Part shown: positions 41,467 through 57,827 of the stretch, in pieces
How the letters are laid out: every line of letters starts with the position of its first letter
Position numbering within the stretch: position 1 is the stretch's first letter
NCBI GenBank assembly: GCA_964016885.1
Contig: OZ024754.1
Coordinates: 25,296,001 to 25,360,000, forward strand
Length of the DNA: 64,000 bases
From: Eledone cirrhosa
Taxonomy: Eukaryota
Direction: 5' to 3'
The notes under the pieces: generated by a model
Told to the model about the DNA's origin: nothing
Seen by the model: only the letters and a program-made list of their open reading frames with translations
Databases searched by the model: none
Position numbers and translations under genes: made by a program

Positions 41467-44371
41467 TAGTAGTAGTAAGGTTTTCGATGTTGTGATAATG
41501 GTTAGCAGCGATGTGTGTCAAATGGCTATTAAGATAAGTGTGTGTGTGTATGTGTGTATGTGTGTGAGTGTGTGTGTAGCAGAGTAATTTGTGATGGTCA
41601 GTAAGAATGTTTCTGATTTCGAAAATTGATATATATTTTATATTCTTAAAAAATTTTTCAACGTGTAGAAACACAATGTATAAAAGCATTTTTTCTAAAT
41701 TCTGTGTAAAATGATCTATTTGTTAAAAACCTAAAAAAATCAATTTTACAAATCAGAAGTAAATATTTCTAAAAGTATAAACAAATTGATTATTATAGAT
41801 TTTTCACAAGTTGATCATTTTACACAGTATTTCGAAAAATTGTTTTTTTTCAAAAAAGATTGATTTTTTTTTCTTTCGGAATATAAAATTTCTGATTTCG
41901 AAAATTGATATATATTTTGTATCTTTTAAAAATTTTTGAATCTGCCGTAACAATGTATAAACGCATTTTTTTGAAAACTAACAATTTTTCGAAATACTGT
42001 GTAAAATGATCAGCTTGTGAAAAACCTAAAATAATTAATTTGTTTATACTTTTCGAAATATTTACTTCTGATTTCTAAAATTAATTTTTTTAGGTTTTTA
42101 ACAAATTGACCATTTTACACAGTATTTATAAAAAATGTCTGTTCTCAAAAGAATGAGTTTATACATTGTGTTACGACACGTTGAAAAATTTTTGAAAAAT
42201 ACAAAATATATATCAATTTTTGAAATCATAAAGTATATATTTCGAAAGAAACAAAATCAATCTTTTTTGAAAAAAAACATTTTTTCCAAATACTGTGTAA
42301 AATGATTAATTTGTGAAAAACCTAAAAAAAATCAATTTTAGAAATCAGAAGTAAATATTTCTAAAAGTATAAACAAATTGATTATTATAGGTTTTTCACA
42401 AATTGATCATTTTACACAGTATTTTGAAAATTGTTCTTTTACAAAAAAGATTGATTTTTTTTTCTTTCGAAATATATACTTTCTGATTTTAAAAATTGAT
42501 ATATATTTTGTATTTTTCAAAAATTTTTCAACGTGACGAAACACAATGTATAAACGCATTCTTTTGATAAAAAAACATTTTTTCCAAATACTGTGTTTTA
42601 CACAGTATGGTCAATTTGTTAAAAACCTAAAAAAATCAATTTTAGAAATCAGAAGTAAATATTTCGAAAAGTATAAACAAATCGATTATTTTAGGTTTTT
42701 CACAAATTGATCATTTTATTCTAAAAACTGTTTTCTTTCAAAAAAGGTTGATTTTTTTTCTTTTGAAATATATACTTTCTGATTTCCAAAATTGTATTCT
42801 AAAAAAATCTTTCAACGTGTATAAAAGCATTTTTACCAAATACTGAGTAAAATTATCAATTTGCTAAAAACCTAAAAAAATCAATTTTAGAAATCAGAAG
42901 TATCAATTTTCAAAATCAGAAAGTATATATTTCGAAAGAAAAAAATCAATTATTTTTTGAAAAAAAACAATTTTTCGAATATAATGATTAATCTGTGAAA
43001 AACATAAAATAATCAATTTGTTTATACTTTCGAAAAGTATAAACAAATTGATTATTTTATGTTTTTCACAGATTTAATATTCGAAAAATTGTTTTTTTTC
43101 AAAAATGATTGATTTTTTTCTTTAGAAAATTGAAATATATTTTGGATTCTTAAAAAATTTTTCAACGTGTAGAAACATAATGTATAATAGAAAAAAAAAC
43201 ATTTTTTCCAAATACTGTGTAAAATGGTCAATTTGTGAAAAACCTAAAAAAATCAATTTGACTATTTCAGGTTTTTCACAAGTTGATCATTTTACACAGT
43301 ATTTCGAAAAATTGTTTTTTTTTCAAAAAAGATTGATTTTTTTTTCTTTCTAAATATATACTTTCTGATTTCGAAAATTGATATATATTTTGTATTTTTC
43401 AAAAATTTTTCTACGTGTCGAAACAATGTATAAACGCATTCTTTTGAAAAAAAACATTTGTTCCAAATACTATATGAAATGGTCAATTTGTGAAAAACCT
43501 AAAAAAATCAATTTTAGAAATCAGAAGTAAATATTTCGAAAAGTATAAACAAATTGATTATTTTAGGTTTTTCGTTTTAATTTTAGAAAAACCTAAAAAA
43601 AATCAATCTTTTTTAAAAAGAAACAATTTTTCAAATTAATGATCAATTTGTGAAAAACCTAAAATAATTAATTTTTCTAATTTCTAAAATTGATTTTTTT
43701 AGGTTTTTAACAAATTAATCACTGTATAAACAAATTAATTATTTTAGGTTTTTAACAAGTTGATCATTTCCAAAAATTGTTATTTTCAAAAAAATGCGTT
43801 GTGTTTCCACACATTGAAAAATTTTTGAAAAATGCAAAATATATATCAATTTTCGAAATCAGAAAGTATATATTCCGAAAGAAAAAAAATCACGTTTGTT
43901 TACGAAAGGACAAACCGAGCATTATAATAAATTTTCGCTAATCTGATACATACATATATATATGTGTGCCTTTATGTATATATATATATACATGCTAATA
44001 TTTAAGTAAGTGCCAGTGAAAAATTTCATTTCATTTCATGTTATTCTATTTTATCGTTTTCAGTGCTGAAACTCACTAGATATGCAAATCAGGCTGCTCA
44101 GCCGTTAATTACCATAAGGAAAGTTCGAACCTTCGAAAGTTCAACCATCTGGCAGAAGGGTATACGGTGTTGACGATAGCTAACAAGCTTGAAACTAGTA
44201 CATCGTTCCTGTGTCAGTATTGAACAAAAAGGTGACGTGGTTGCCTTAACACCGTACGGCATAAACCGAGCTGTCCGTTTGTTTACAAACTGACAAAGCG
44301 AGCATTATAATAAATGTTCGATAAACTGATACGTGATATATATATGTGTGCCTGTATATGTATATGTGTGC

Positions 44372-44452
<81 letters not shown>

Positions 44453-44858
44453 CTACTGCACGTCTATATGCATATATGTATGTAAGTATACATACACACT
44501 TACATTTAAGTAAGTGACGTGCTAAGAGTGAGAAATTTCATTTCATTTCATTCTATTCCATTTTATCGTTTTCGGTACGCCTGGCCGTTTGAACTCACTC
44601 GATATGCAAATTAGGCTGCTCAGCCGTTAATTTTCATAAGGAAAGTATATACTTTCAAACGTTCAACCATCTGGCAGAAGGTTATACGGTGCTGACGATA
44701 GCTAACAAGCTTGAAACTAGTACATCGTTCCTGTGTCAACGTTGAAAAAAAAGGTGTCGTGGTTGCCTTAACACCGTACGTTTATTTACAAACGGACAAA
44801 GCGAGCATTATAATAAATGTTTGCTAAACTGATATGTACATATATATATGTGTGCATT

Positions 44859-44907
<49 letters not shown>

Positions 44908-45768
44908 TACTGTACGTCTGTATGCATATATGTATGTACGTATACATACATACTTACATTTAAGTAAGTGAGTGAGAAATGAAATCTCATTTCATTCTAT
45001 TCCATTTTATCGTTTCCGAGGCGCCTGGCCGACTGAACTCACTCGATATGCAAACTAGGCTGCTCAGCCGTTAATTTTCATAAAGTATATACTTTTGAAC
45101 GTTCAACCATCTGGCAGATGGGTATACGGTGCTGAGGATAGCTAACAAACTTGCAACTAGTACACCATTCCTGTGTCAGTGTTGAACAAAAAGTTGACGT
45201 GGTTGCCTTAACACCGTACGGCATAAATCAGGCTGTCCGTTTGTTTACAAAAGGACAAAGCGAGCATTATAATAAATTTTCGCTACATACATATATATAT
45301 GTGTGCCTTTATGTATATATATATATACATGCTACTGTACGTCTGTATGCATATATGTATGTACGTATACATACATAATTACATTTAAGTAAGTGCCAGA
45401 CTAAGAGTGAAAAATTTCATTTCATTTCATTGTATTCTATTTTTTTGTTTTCAGTGCGCCTGACCGACTGAACTCACTCGATATGCAAATTAGGCTGCTC
45501 AGCCGTTAATTATCATAAGTTCGAACCTTCGAACGTTCAACCATCTGGCAGAAGGGTATACGGTGCTGACGATAGTTAACAAGCTTGAAACTAGTACATC
45601 GTTCCTGTGTCAGTATTGAACAAAAAGGTGACGTGGTTGCCTTAACACCGTACGGCATAAACCAGGCTGTCCGTTTGTTTACAAACTGACAAAGCGAGCA
45701 TTATAATAAATGTTCGTTAAACTGATACATAATATATATATGTGTGCCTGTATATATATATGTGTGCC

Positions 45769-45848
<80 letters not shown>

Positions 45849-46409
45849 CTACTGCACGTCTATATGCATATATGTATGTACGTATACATACATACTTACA
45901 TTTAAGTAAGTGCCGTACAAAGAGTGAGAAATGAAATTTCATTTTATTCTATTACATTTTATCGTTTTCCATGCGCCTGGGCGCCTGAACTCACTCGATA
46001 TGCAAATTAGGCTGCTCAGCCGTTAATTTTCATGAGGAAAGTATATACTTTCGAACGTTCAACTATCTGGCAGAAGGGTATACGGTGCTGACGATAGCTA
46101 ACAAGCTTGAAACTAGTACATCGTTCCTGTGTCAGTGTTGAACAAAAAGGTGACGTGGTTACCTTAACACCGTACGGCATAAATCAAGCTGTCCGTTTGT
46201 TTACAAACGGACACAGCGAGCATTATAATAAATGTTCGCTAAACTGATACTTACATATATATATATATGTGTCCCTGTATGTATATATACGTCTGTATGC
46301 ATATATGTATGTACGTATACATACAAACTTACATTTAAGTAAGTGCCGTACAAAGAGTGAGAAATGAAACTTCATTTCATTCTACTCCATTTTATCGTTT
46401 TTGGTGCGC

Positions 46410-46449
<40 letters not shown>

Positions 46450-46737
46450 GCACACATATATATTACGTATCAGTTTAACGCTTTGTCCTTTTGTAAACAA
46501 ACGTACAGCCTGCTTTATGCCGTACGGTGTTAAGGCAACCACGTCAACTGACGATAGCTAACAAGCTTGAAACTAGTACATCGTTCCTGTGTCAGTGTTG
46601 AACAAAAAGGTGACGTGGTTACCTTAACACCGTACGGCATAAATCAAGCTGTCCGTCTGTTTACAAATGGACAAAGCGAGCATTATAATAAATGTTCGCT
46701 AAACTGATACTTACATATATATATATATGTGTCCCTG

Positions 46738-46788
<51 letters not shown>

Positions 46789-48073
46789 GCTACTGTACGT
46801 CTGTATGCATATATGCATGTACGTATACATACATACTTACATTTAAGTAAGTGCCGTACAAAGAGTGAGAAATGAAATTTCATTTCATTCTATTCCATTT
46901 TATCGTTTTCGAGGCGCCTGGCCGACTGAACTCACTCGATATGCAAATTAGGCTGCTCAGCCGTTAATTTTCATAAGGAAAGTATATACTTTCGAACGTT
47001 CAACCATCTGGCAGAAGGATATACGGTGCTGACGATAGCTAACAAGCTTGAAACTAGTACACCGTTGCTGTGTCAGTGTGACCAAAAAGTTGACGTGGTT
47101 GCATTAACACCGTACGGCATAAATCAGGCTGTCCGTTTGTTTACAAAAGGACAAAGCGAGCATTATAATAAATGTTCGCTAATCTGATACGTACATATAT
47201 ATATGTGTGCCTTTATGTATATATATATATATATATATACATTCTACTGTACGTCTGTATGCATATATGTATGTACGTATACATACATACTTACATTTAA
47301 GTAAGTGCCGTACTAAGAATCAGAAATTTCATTTCATTTCATTCTATTCCATTTTAGCGTTTTCGGTGCGCCTGGCCGACTGAACTCACTCAATATGCAA
47401 ATCAGGCTGCTCAGCCGTTAATTTTCATAAGGAAAGTATATACTTTCGAACGTTCAACGCTGACGATAGCTAACAAACTTGAAACTAGTACATCGTAACT
47501 CTGTAAGTGTTGAACAAAAAGGTGACGTGGTTGCCTTAACACCGTACGGCATAAATCAGGCTGTCCGTTTGTTTACAAACAGACAAAGCGAGCATTATAA
47601 TAAATGTTCGTTAAACTGATATGTACATATATATATGTGTGCCTTTATGTATATATATATATATATACATGCTACTGTACGTCTGTATGCATATATGTAT
47701 GTACGTATACATATATACTTACATTTAAGTAAGTGCCGTACTAAGAGTGAGAAATTAAATTTCATTTCATTCTATTCCATTTTATCGTTTTCGGTGCGCC
47801 TGGCCGACTGAACTCACTCGATATGCAAATCAGGCTGCTCAGCCGTTAATTTTCATAAGGAAAGTATATAGTTTCGAACGTTCAACCATCTGGCAGAAGG
47901 GTATACGGTGCTGACGATAGCTAACAAGCTTGAAACTAGTACATCGATCCTGTGTCAGTGTTGAACAAAAAGTTGGCGTGGTTGCCTTAACACCGTTTGT
48001 TTACAAACGGACAAAGCGAGCATTATAATAGAAGTTCACTAAACTGATACGTACATATAAATATGTGTCCCTG

Positions 48074-48112
<39 letters not shown>

Positions 48113-49306
48113 ATATATATACATGTGTGTGTGCGTGTGTGTGTGTGTGTGTGTAGTAGTAGTAGTAAGGTTTTCGATATTGTGATAATGGTTAGCAGCG
48201 ATGTGTGTCAAATGGCTATTAAGATAAGTGTGTGTGTGTATGTGTGTGTGTGTGTGAGTGTGTGTGTAGCAGAGTAATTTGTGATGGTCAGTAAGAATGT
48301 TTCTGATTTCGAAAATTGATATATATTTTATATTCTTAAAAAATTTTTCAGAAACACAATGTATAAAAGCATTTTTTCTAAATTCTGTGTAAAATGATCT
48401 ATTTGTTAAAAACATAAAAAAATCAATTTTACAAATCAGAAGTAAATATTTCTAAAAGTATAAACAAATTGATTATTATAGGTTTTTCACAAATTGATCA
48501 TTTTACACAGTATTTAGAAAATTGTTTTTTTACAAAAAAGATTGATTTTTTTTCTTTGGAAATATATACTTTCTGATTTTGAAAATTGATATATATTTTG
48601 TATTTTTCAAAAATGTTTCAACGTGACGAAACACAATGTATAAACGCATTCTTTTGAAAAAAAAACATTTTTTCCAAATACTGTGTTTTACACAGCATGG
48701 TCAATTTGTTAAAAACCTAAAAAAATCAATTTTAGAAATCAGAAGTAAATATTTCGAAAAGTATAAACAAATCGATTATTTTAGGTTTCTCACAAATTGA
48801 TCATTTTATTACATATCCAGTGTTACATATTCAGTGCTTTTATCGAGAATGACACAGCTAGAGACTTATAGAATACTTAGCTGTGTACAGGAACTGGTTT
48901 GAAAGAGCGGTTGCCGGTCCGGCAGAAATTAGAAATTGGATTAAATGCTCTGAAATAGCGATATATATGTGAAGATAGACATAGAATATTCGAAAATATT
49001 CTGTATGTTTATAATAAACATTTTGAAGACCTAATCGCTATAGAATAGAATACGTCACGTATTACAATTAGATTCTCGATAAAAGCAAGGGAAGTAACCT
49101 ACGCGTTTCATTCTTATTAGAAATCTTCAGGATTACATATCCAGTGCTTTTATCGAGAATGACACAGCTAGAGACTTATAGAATACTTAGCTGTGTACAG
49201 GAACTGGTTTGAAAGAGCGGTTGCCGGTCCGGCAGAAATTAGAAATTGGAATAAATGCTCTAAAATAGCGATATATATGTGAAGATAGACATAGAATATT
49301 CGAAAA
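41404..49306 (+). repeat. Higher-order repeat unit 2 (7903 bp)
   Basis: ORFs 41357/49260 offset by 7903; sequence colinear with unit 1. Confidence 0.95.
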
Positions 49307-49330
49307 TATATATATATATATATACATGTG

Positions 49331-49369
<39 letters not shown>

Positions 49370-51118
49370 TAGTAGTAGTAAGGTTTTCGATGTTGTGATA
49401 ATGGTTAGCAGCGATGTGTGTCAAATGGCTATTAAGATAAGTGTGTGTGTGTATGTGTGTATGTGTGTGAGTGTGTGTGTAGCAGAGTAATTTGTGATGG
49501 TCAGTAAGAATGTTTCTGATTTCGAAAATTGATATATATTTTATATTCTTAAAAAATTTTTCAACGTGTAGAAACACAATGTATAAAAGCATTTTTTCTA
49601 AATTCTGTGTAAAATGATCTATTTGTTAAAAACCTAAAAAAATCAATTTTACAAATCAGAAGTAAATATTTCTAAAAGTATAAACAAATTGATTATTATA
49701 GATTTTTCACAAGTTGATCATTTTACACAGTATTTCGAAAAATTGTTTTTTTTCAAAAAAGATTGATTTTTTTTTCTTTCGGAATATAAAATTTCTGATT
49801 TCGAAAATTGATATATATTTTGTATCTTTTAAAAATTTTTGAATCTGCCGTAACAATGTATAAACGCATTTTTTTGAAAACTAACAATTTTTCGAAATAC
49901 TGTGTAAAATGATCAGCTTGTGAAAAACCTAAAATAATTAATTTGTTTATACTTTTCGAAATATTTACTTCTGATTTCTAAAATTAATTTTTTTAGGTTT
50001 TTAACAAATTGACCATTTTACACAGTATTTATAAAAAATGTCTGTTCTCAAAAGAATGAGTTTATACATTGTGTTACGACACGTTGAAAAATTTTTGAAA
50101 AATACAAAATATATATCAATTTTTGAAATCATAAAGTATATATTTCGAAAGAAACAAAATCAATCTTTTTTGAAAAAAAACATTTTTTCCAAATACTGTG
50201 TAAAATGATTAATTTGTGAAAAACCTAAAAAAAATCAATTTTAGAAATCAGAAGTAAATATTTCTAAAAGTATAAACAAATTGATTATTATAGGTTTTTC
50301 ACAAATTGATCATTTTACACAGTATTTTGAAAATTGTTCTTTTACAAAAAAGATTGATTTTTTTTCTTTGGAAATATATACTTTCTGATTTTGAAAATTG
50401 ATATATATTTTGTATTTTTCAAAAATGTTTCAACGTGACGAAACACAATGTATAAACGCATTCTTTTGAAAAAAAAACATTTTTTCCAAATACTGTGTTT
50501 TACACAGCATGGTCAATTTGTTAAAAACCTAAAAAAATCAATTTTAGAAATCAGAAGTAAATATTTCGAAAAGTATAAACAAATCGATTATTTTAGGTTT
50601 CTCACAAATTGATCATTTTATTACATATCCAGTGTTACATATTCAGTGCTTTTATCGAGAATGACACAGCTAGAGACTTATAGAATACTTAGCTGTGTAC
50701 AGGAACTGGTTTGAAAGAGCGGTTGCCGGTCCGGCAGAAATTAGAAATTGGATTAAATGCTCTGAAATAGCGATATATATGTGAAGATAGACATAGAATA
50801 TTCGAAAATATTCTGTATGTTTATAATAAACATTTTGAAGACCTAATCGCTATAGAATAGAATACGTCACGTATTACAATTAGATTCTCGATAAAAGCAA
50901 GGGAAGTAACCTACGCGTTTCATTCTTATTAGAAATCTTCAGGATTACATATCCAGTGCTTTTATCGAGAATGACACAGCTAGAGACTTATAGAATACTT
51001 AGCTGTGTACAGGAACTGGTTTGAAAGAGCGGTTGCCGGTCCGGCAGAAATTAGAAATTGGAATAAATGCTCTAAAATAGCGATATATATGTGAAGATAG
51101 ACATAGAATATTCGAAAA
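49307..51118 (+). repeat. 1812-bp truncated HOR unit (D - SatB chimera - SatA)
   Basis: ORFs 49260/51072 offset by 1812; chimeric SatB junction at ~50340-50370. Confidence 0.92.
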
Positions 51119-51142
51119 TATATATATATATATATACATGTG

Positions 51143-51181
<39 letters not shown>

Positions 51182-54086
51182 TAGTAGTAGTAAGGTTTTC
51201 GATGTTGTGATAATGGTTAGCAGCGATGTGTGTCAAATGGCTATTAAGATAAGTGTGTGTGTGTATGTGTGTATGTGTGTGAGTGTGTGTGTAGCAGAGT
51301 AATTTGTGATGGTCAGTAAGAATGTTTCTGATTTCGAAAATTGATATATATTTTATATTCTTAAAAAATTTTTCAACGTGTAGAAACACAATGTATAAAA
51401 GCATTTTTTCTAAATTCTGTGTAAAATGATCTATTTGTTAAAAACCTAAAAAAATCAATTTTACAAATCAGAAGTAAATATTTCTAAAAGTATAAACAAA
51501 TTGATTATTATAGATTTTTCACAAGTTGATCATTTTACACAGTATTTCGAAAAATTGTTTTTTTTCAAAAAAGATTGATTTTTTTTTCTTTCGGAATATA
51601 AAATTTCTGATTTCGAAAATTGATATATATTTTGTATCTTTTAAAAATTTTTGAATCTGCCGTAACAATGTATAAACGCATTTTTTTGAAAACTAACAAT
51701 TTTTCGAAATACTGTGTAAAATGATCAGCTTGTGAAAAACCTAAAATAATTAATTTGTTTATACTTTTCGAAATATTTACTTCTGATTTCTAAAATTAAT
51801 TTTTTTAGGTTTTTAACAAATTGACCATTTTACACAGTATTTATAAAAAATGTCTGTTCTCAAAAGAATGAGTTTATACATTGTGTTACGACACGTTGAA
51901 AAATTTTTGAAAAATACAAAATATATATCAATTTTTGAAATCATAAAGTATATATTTCGAAAGAAACAAAATCAATCTTTTTTGAAAAAAAACATTTTTT
52001 CCAAATACTGTGTAAAATGATTAATTTGTGAAAAACCTAAAAAAAATCAATTTTAGAAATCAGAAGTAAATATTTCTAAAAGTATAAACAAATTGATTAT
52101 TATAGGTTTTTCACAAATTGATCATTTTACACAGTATTTTGAAAATTGTTCTTTTACAAAAAAGATTGATTTTTTTTTCTTTCGAAATATATACTTTCTG
52201 ATTTTAAAAATTGATATATATTTTGTATTTTTCAAAAATTTTTCAACGTGACGAAACACAATGTATAAACGCATTCTTTTGATAAAAAAACATTTTTTCC
52301 AAATACTGTGTTTTACACAGTATGGTCAATTTGTTAAAAACCTAAAAAAATCAATTTTAGAAATCAGAAGTAAATATTTCGAAAAGTATAAACAAATCGA
52401 TTATTTTAGGTTTTTCACAAATTGATCATTTTATTCTAAAAACTGTTTTCTTTCAAAAAAGGTTGATTTTTTTTCTTTTGAAATATATACTTTCTGATTT
52501 CCAAAATTGTATTCTAAAAAAATCTTTCAACGTGTATAAAAGCATTTTTACCAAATACTGAGTAAAATTATCAATTTGCTAAAAACCTAAAAAAATCAAT
52601 TTTAGAAATCAGAAGTATCAATTTTCAAAATCAGAAAGTATATATTTCGAAAGAAAAAAATCAATTATTTTTTGAAAAAAAACAATTTTTCGAATATAAT
52701 GATTAATCTGTGAAAAACATAAAATAATCAATTTGTTTATACTTTCGAAAAGTATAAACAAATTGATTATTTTATGTTTTTCACAGATTTAATATTCGAA
52801 AAATTGTTTTTTTTCAAAAATGATTGATTTTTTTCTTTAGAAAATTGAAATATATTTTGGATTCTTAAAAAATTTTTCAACGTGTAGAAACATAATGTAT
52901 AATAGAAAAAAAAACATTTTTTCCAAATACTGTGTAAAATGGTCAATTTGTGAAAAACCTAAAAAAATCAATTTGACTATTTCAGGTTTTTCACAAGTTG
53001 ATCATTTTACACAGTATTTCGAAAAATTGTTTTTTTTTCAAAAAAGATTGATTTTTTTTTCTTTCTAAATATATACTTTCTGATTTCGAAAATTGATATA
53101 TATTTTGTATTTTTCAAAAATTTTTCTACGTGTCGAAACAATGTATAAACGCATTCTTTTGAAAAAAAACATTTGTTCCAAATACTATATGAAATGGTCA
53201 ATTTGTGAAAAACCTAAAAAAATCAATTTTAGAAATCAGAAGTAAATATTTCGAAAAGTATAAACAAATTGATTATTTTAGGTTTTTCGTTTTAATTTTA
53301 GAAAAACCTAAAAAAAATCAATCTTTTTTAAAAAGAAACAATTTTTCAAATTAATGATCAATTTGTGAAAAACCTAAAATAATTAATTTTTCTAATTTCT
53401 AAAATTGATTTTTTTAGGTTTTTAACAAATTAATCACTGTATAAACAAATTAATTATTTTAGGTTTTTAACAAGTTGATCATTTCCAAAAATTGTTATTT
53501 TCAAAAAAATGCGTTGTGTTTCCACACATTGAAAAATTTTTGAAAAATGCAAAATATATATCAATTTTCGAAATCAGAAAGTATATATTCCGAAAGAAAA
53601 AAAATCACGTTTGTTTACGAAAGGACAAACCGAGCATTATAATAAATTTTCGCTAATCTGATACATACATATATATATGTGTGCCTTTATGTATATATAT
53701 ATATACATGCTAATATTTAAGTAAGTGCCAGTGAAAAATTTCATTTCATTTCATGTTATTCTATTTTATCGTTTTCAGTGCTGAAACTCACTAGATATGC
53801 AAATCAGGCTGCTCAGCCGTTAATTACCATAAGGAAAGTTCGAACCTTCGAAAGTTCAACCATCTGGCAGAAGGGTATACGGTGTTGACGATAGCTAACA
53901 AGCTTGAAACTAGTACATCGTTCCTGTGTCAGTATTGAACAAAAAGGTGACGTGGTTGCCTTAACACCGTACGGCATAAACCGAGCTGTCCGTTTGTTTA
54001 CAAACTGACAAAGCGAGCATTATAATAAATGTTCGATAAACTGATACGTGATATATATATGTGTGCCTGTATATGTATATGTGTGC

Positions 54087-54167
<81 letters not shown>

Positions 54168-54573
54168 CTACTGCACGTCTATATGCATATATGTATGTAA
54201 GTATACATACACACTTACATTTAAGTAAGTGACGTGCTAAGAGTGAGAAATTTCATTTCATTTCATTCTATTCCATTTTATCGTTTTCGGTACGCCTGGC
54301 CGTTTGAACTCACTCGATATGCAAATTAGGCTGCTCAGCCGTTAATTTTCATAAGGAAAGTATATACTTTCAAACGTTCAACCATCTGGCAGAAGGTTAT
54401 ACGGTGCTGACGATAGCTAACAAGCTTGAAACTAGTACATCGTTCCTGTGTCAACGTTGAAAAAAAAGGTGTCGTGGTTGCCTTAACACCGTACGTTTAT
54501 TTACAAACGGACAAAGCGAGCATTATAATAAATGTTTGCTAAACTGATATGTACATATATATATGTGTGCATT

Positions 54574-54622
<49 letters not shown>

Positions 54623-55483
54623 TACTGTACGTCTGTATGCATATATGTATGTACGTATACATACATACTTACATTTAAGTAAGTGAGTGAGAAATGAAAT
54701 CTCATTTCATTCTATTCCATTTTATCGTTTCCGAGGCGCCTGGCCGACTGAACTCACTCGATATGCAAACTAGGCTGCTCAGCCGTTAATTTTCATAAAG
54801 TATATACTTTTGAACGTTCAACCATCTGGCAGATGGGTATACGGTGCTGAGGATAGCTAACAAACTTGCAACTAGTACACCATTCCTGTGTCAGTGTTGA
54901 ACAAAAAGTTGACGTGGTTGCCTTAACACCGTACGGCATAAATCAGGCTGTCCGTTTGTTTACAAAAGGACAAAGCGAGCATTATAATAAATTTTCGCTA
55001 CATACATATATATATGTGTGCCTTTATGTATATATATATATACATGCTACTGTACGTCTGTATGCATATATGTATGTACGTATACATACATAATTACATT
55101 TAAGTAAGTGCCAGACTAAGAGTGAAAAATTTCATTTCATTTCATTGTATTCTATTTTTTTGTTTTCAGTGCGCCTGACCGACTGAACTCACTCGATATG
55201 CAAATTAGGCTGCTCAGCCGTTAATTATCATAAGTTCGAACCTTCGAACGTTCAACCATCTGGCAGAAGGGTATACGGTGCTGACGATAGTTAACAAGCT
55301 TGAAACTAGTACATCGTTCCTGTGTCAGTATTGAACAAAAAGGTGACGTGGTTGCCTTAACACCGTACGGCATAAACCAGGCTGTCCGTTTGTTTACAAA
55401 CTGACAAAGCGAGCATTATAATAAATGTTCGTTAAACTGATACATAATATATATATGTGTGCCTGTATATATATATGTGTGCC

Positions 55484-55563
<80 letters not shown>

Positions 55564-56124
55564 CTACTGCACGTCTATATGCATATATGTATGTACGTAT
55601 ACATACATACTTACATTTAAGTAAGTGCCGTACAAAGAGTGAGAAATGAAATTTCATTTTATTCTATTACATTTTATCGTTTTCCATGCGCCTGGGCGCC
55701 TGAACTCACTCGATATGCAAATTAGGCTGCTCAGCCGTTAATTTTCATGAGGAAAGTATATACTTTCGAACGTTCAACTATCTGGCAGAAGGGTATACGG
55801 TGCTGACGATAGCTAACAAGCTTGAAACTAGTACATCGTTCCTGTGTCAGTGTTGAACAAAAAGGTGACGTGGTTACCTTAACACCGTACGGCATAAATC
55901 AAGCTGTCCGTTTGTTTACAAACGGACACAGCGAGCATTATAATAAATGTTCGCTAAACTGATACTTACATATATATATATATGTGTCCCTGTATGTATA
56001 TATACGTCTGTATGCATATATGTATGTACGTATACATACAAACTTACATTTAAGTAAGTGCCGTACAAAGAGTGAGAAATGAAACTTCATTTCATTCTAC
56101 TCCATTTTATCGTTTTTGGTGCGC

Positions 56125-56164
<40 letters not shown>

Positions 56165-56452
56165 GCACACATATATATTACGTATCAGTTTAACGCTTTG
56201 TCCTTTTGTAAACAAACGTACAGCCTGCTTTATGCCGTACGGTGTTAAGGCAACCACGTCAACTGACGATAGCTAACAAGCTTGAAACTAGTACATCGTT
56301 CCTGTGTCAGTGTTGAACAAAAAGGTGACGTGGTTACCTTAACACCGTACGGCATAAATCAAGCTGTCCGTCTGTTTACAAATGGACAAAGCGAGCATTA
56401 TAATAAATGTTCGCTAAACTGATACTTACATATATATATATATGTGTCCCTG

Positions 56453-56503
<51 letters not shown>

Positions 56504-57788
56504 GCTACTGTACGTCTGTATGCATATATGCATGTACGTATACATACATACTTACATTTAAGTAAGTGCCGTACAAAGAGTGAGAAATGAAATTTCATTT
56601 CATTCTATTCCATTTTATCGTTTTCGAGGCGCCTGGCCGACTGAACTCACTCGATATGCAAATTAGGCTGCTCAGCCGTTAATTTTCATAAGGAAAGTAT
56701 ATACTTTCGAACGTTCAACCATCTGGCAGAAGGATATACGGTGCTGACGATAGCTAACAAGCTTGAAACTAGTACACCGTTGCTGTGTCAGTGTGACCAA
56801 AAAGTTGACGTGGTTGCATTAACACCGTACGGCATAAATCAGGCTGTCCGTTTGTTTACAAAAGGACAAAGCGAGCATTATAATAAATGTTCGCTAATCT
56901 GATACGTACATATATATATGTGTGCCTTTATGTATATATATATATATATATATACATTCTACTGTACGTCTGTATGCATATATGTATGTACGTATACATA
57001 CATACTTACATTTAAGTAAGTGCCGTACTAAGAATCAGAAATTTCATTTCATTTCATTCTATTCCATTTTAGCGTTTTCGGTGCGCCTGGCCGACTGAAC
57101 TCACTCAATATGCAAATCAGGCTGCTCAGCCGTTAATTTTCATAAGGAAAGTATATACTTTCGAACGTTCAACGCTGACGATAGCTAACAAACTTGAAAC
57201 TAGTACATCGTAACTCTGTAAGTGTTGAACAAAAAGGTGACGTGGTTGCCTTAACACCGTACGGCATAAATCAGGCTGTCCGTTTGTTTACAAACAGACA
57301 AAGCGAGCATTATAATAAATGTTCGTTAAACTGATATGTACATATATATATGTGTGCCTTTATGTATATATATATATATATACATGCTACTGTACGTCTG
57401 TATGCATATATGTATGTACGTATACATATATACTTACATTTAAGTAAGTGCCGTACTAAGAGTGAGAAATTAAATTTCATTTCATTCTATTCCATTTTAT
57501 CGTTTTCGGTGCGCCTGGCCGACTGAACTCACTCGATATGCAAATCAGGCTGCTCAGCCGTTAATTTTCATAAGGAAAGTATATAGTTTCGAACGTTCAA
57601 CCATCTGGCAGAAGGGTATACGGTGCTGACGATAGCTAACAAGCTTGAAACTAGTACATCGATCCTGTGTCAGTGTTGAACAAAAAGTTGGCGTGGTTGC
57701 CTTAACACCGTTTGTTTACAAACGGACAAAGCGAGCATTATAATAGAAGTTCACTAAACTGATACGTACATATAAATATGTGTCCCTG

Positions 57789-57827
<39 letters not shown>

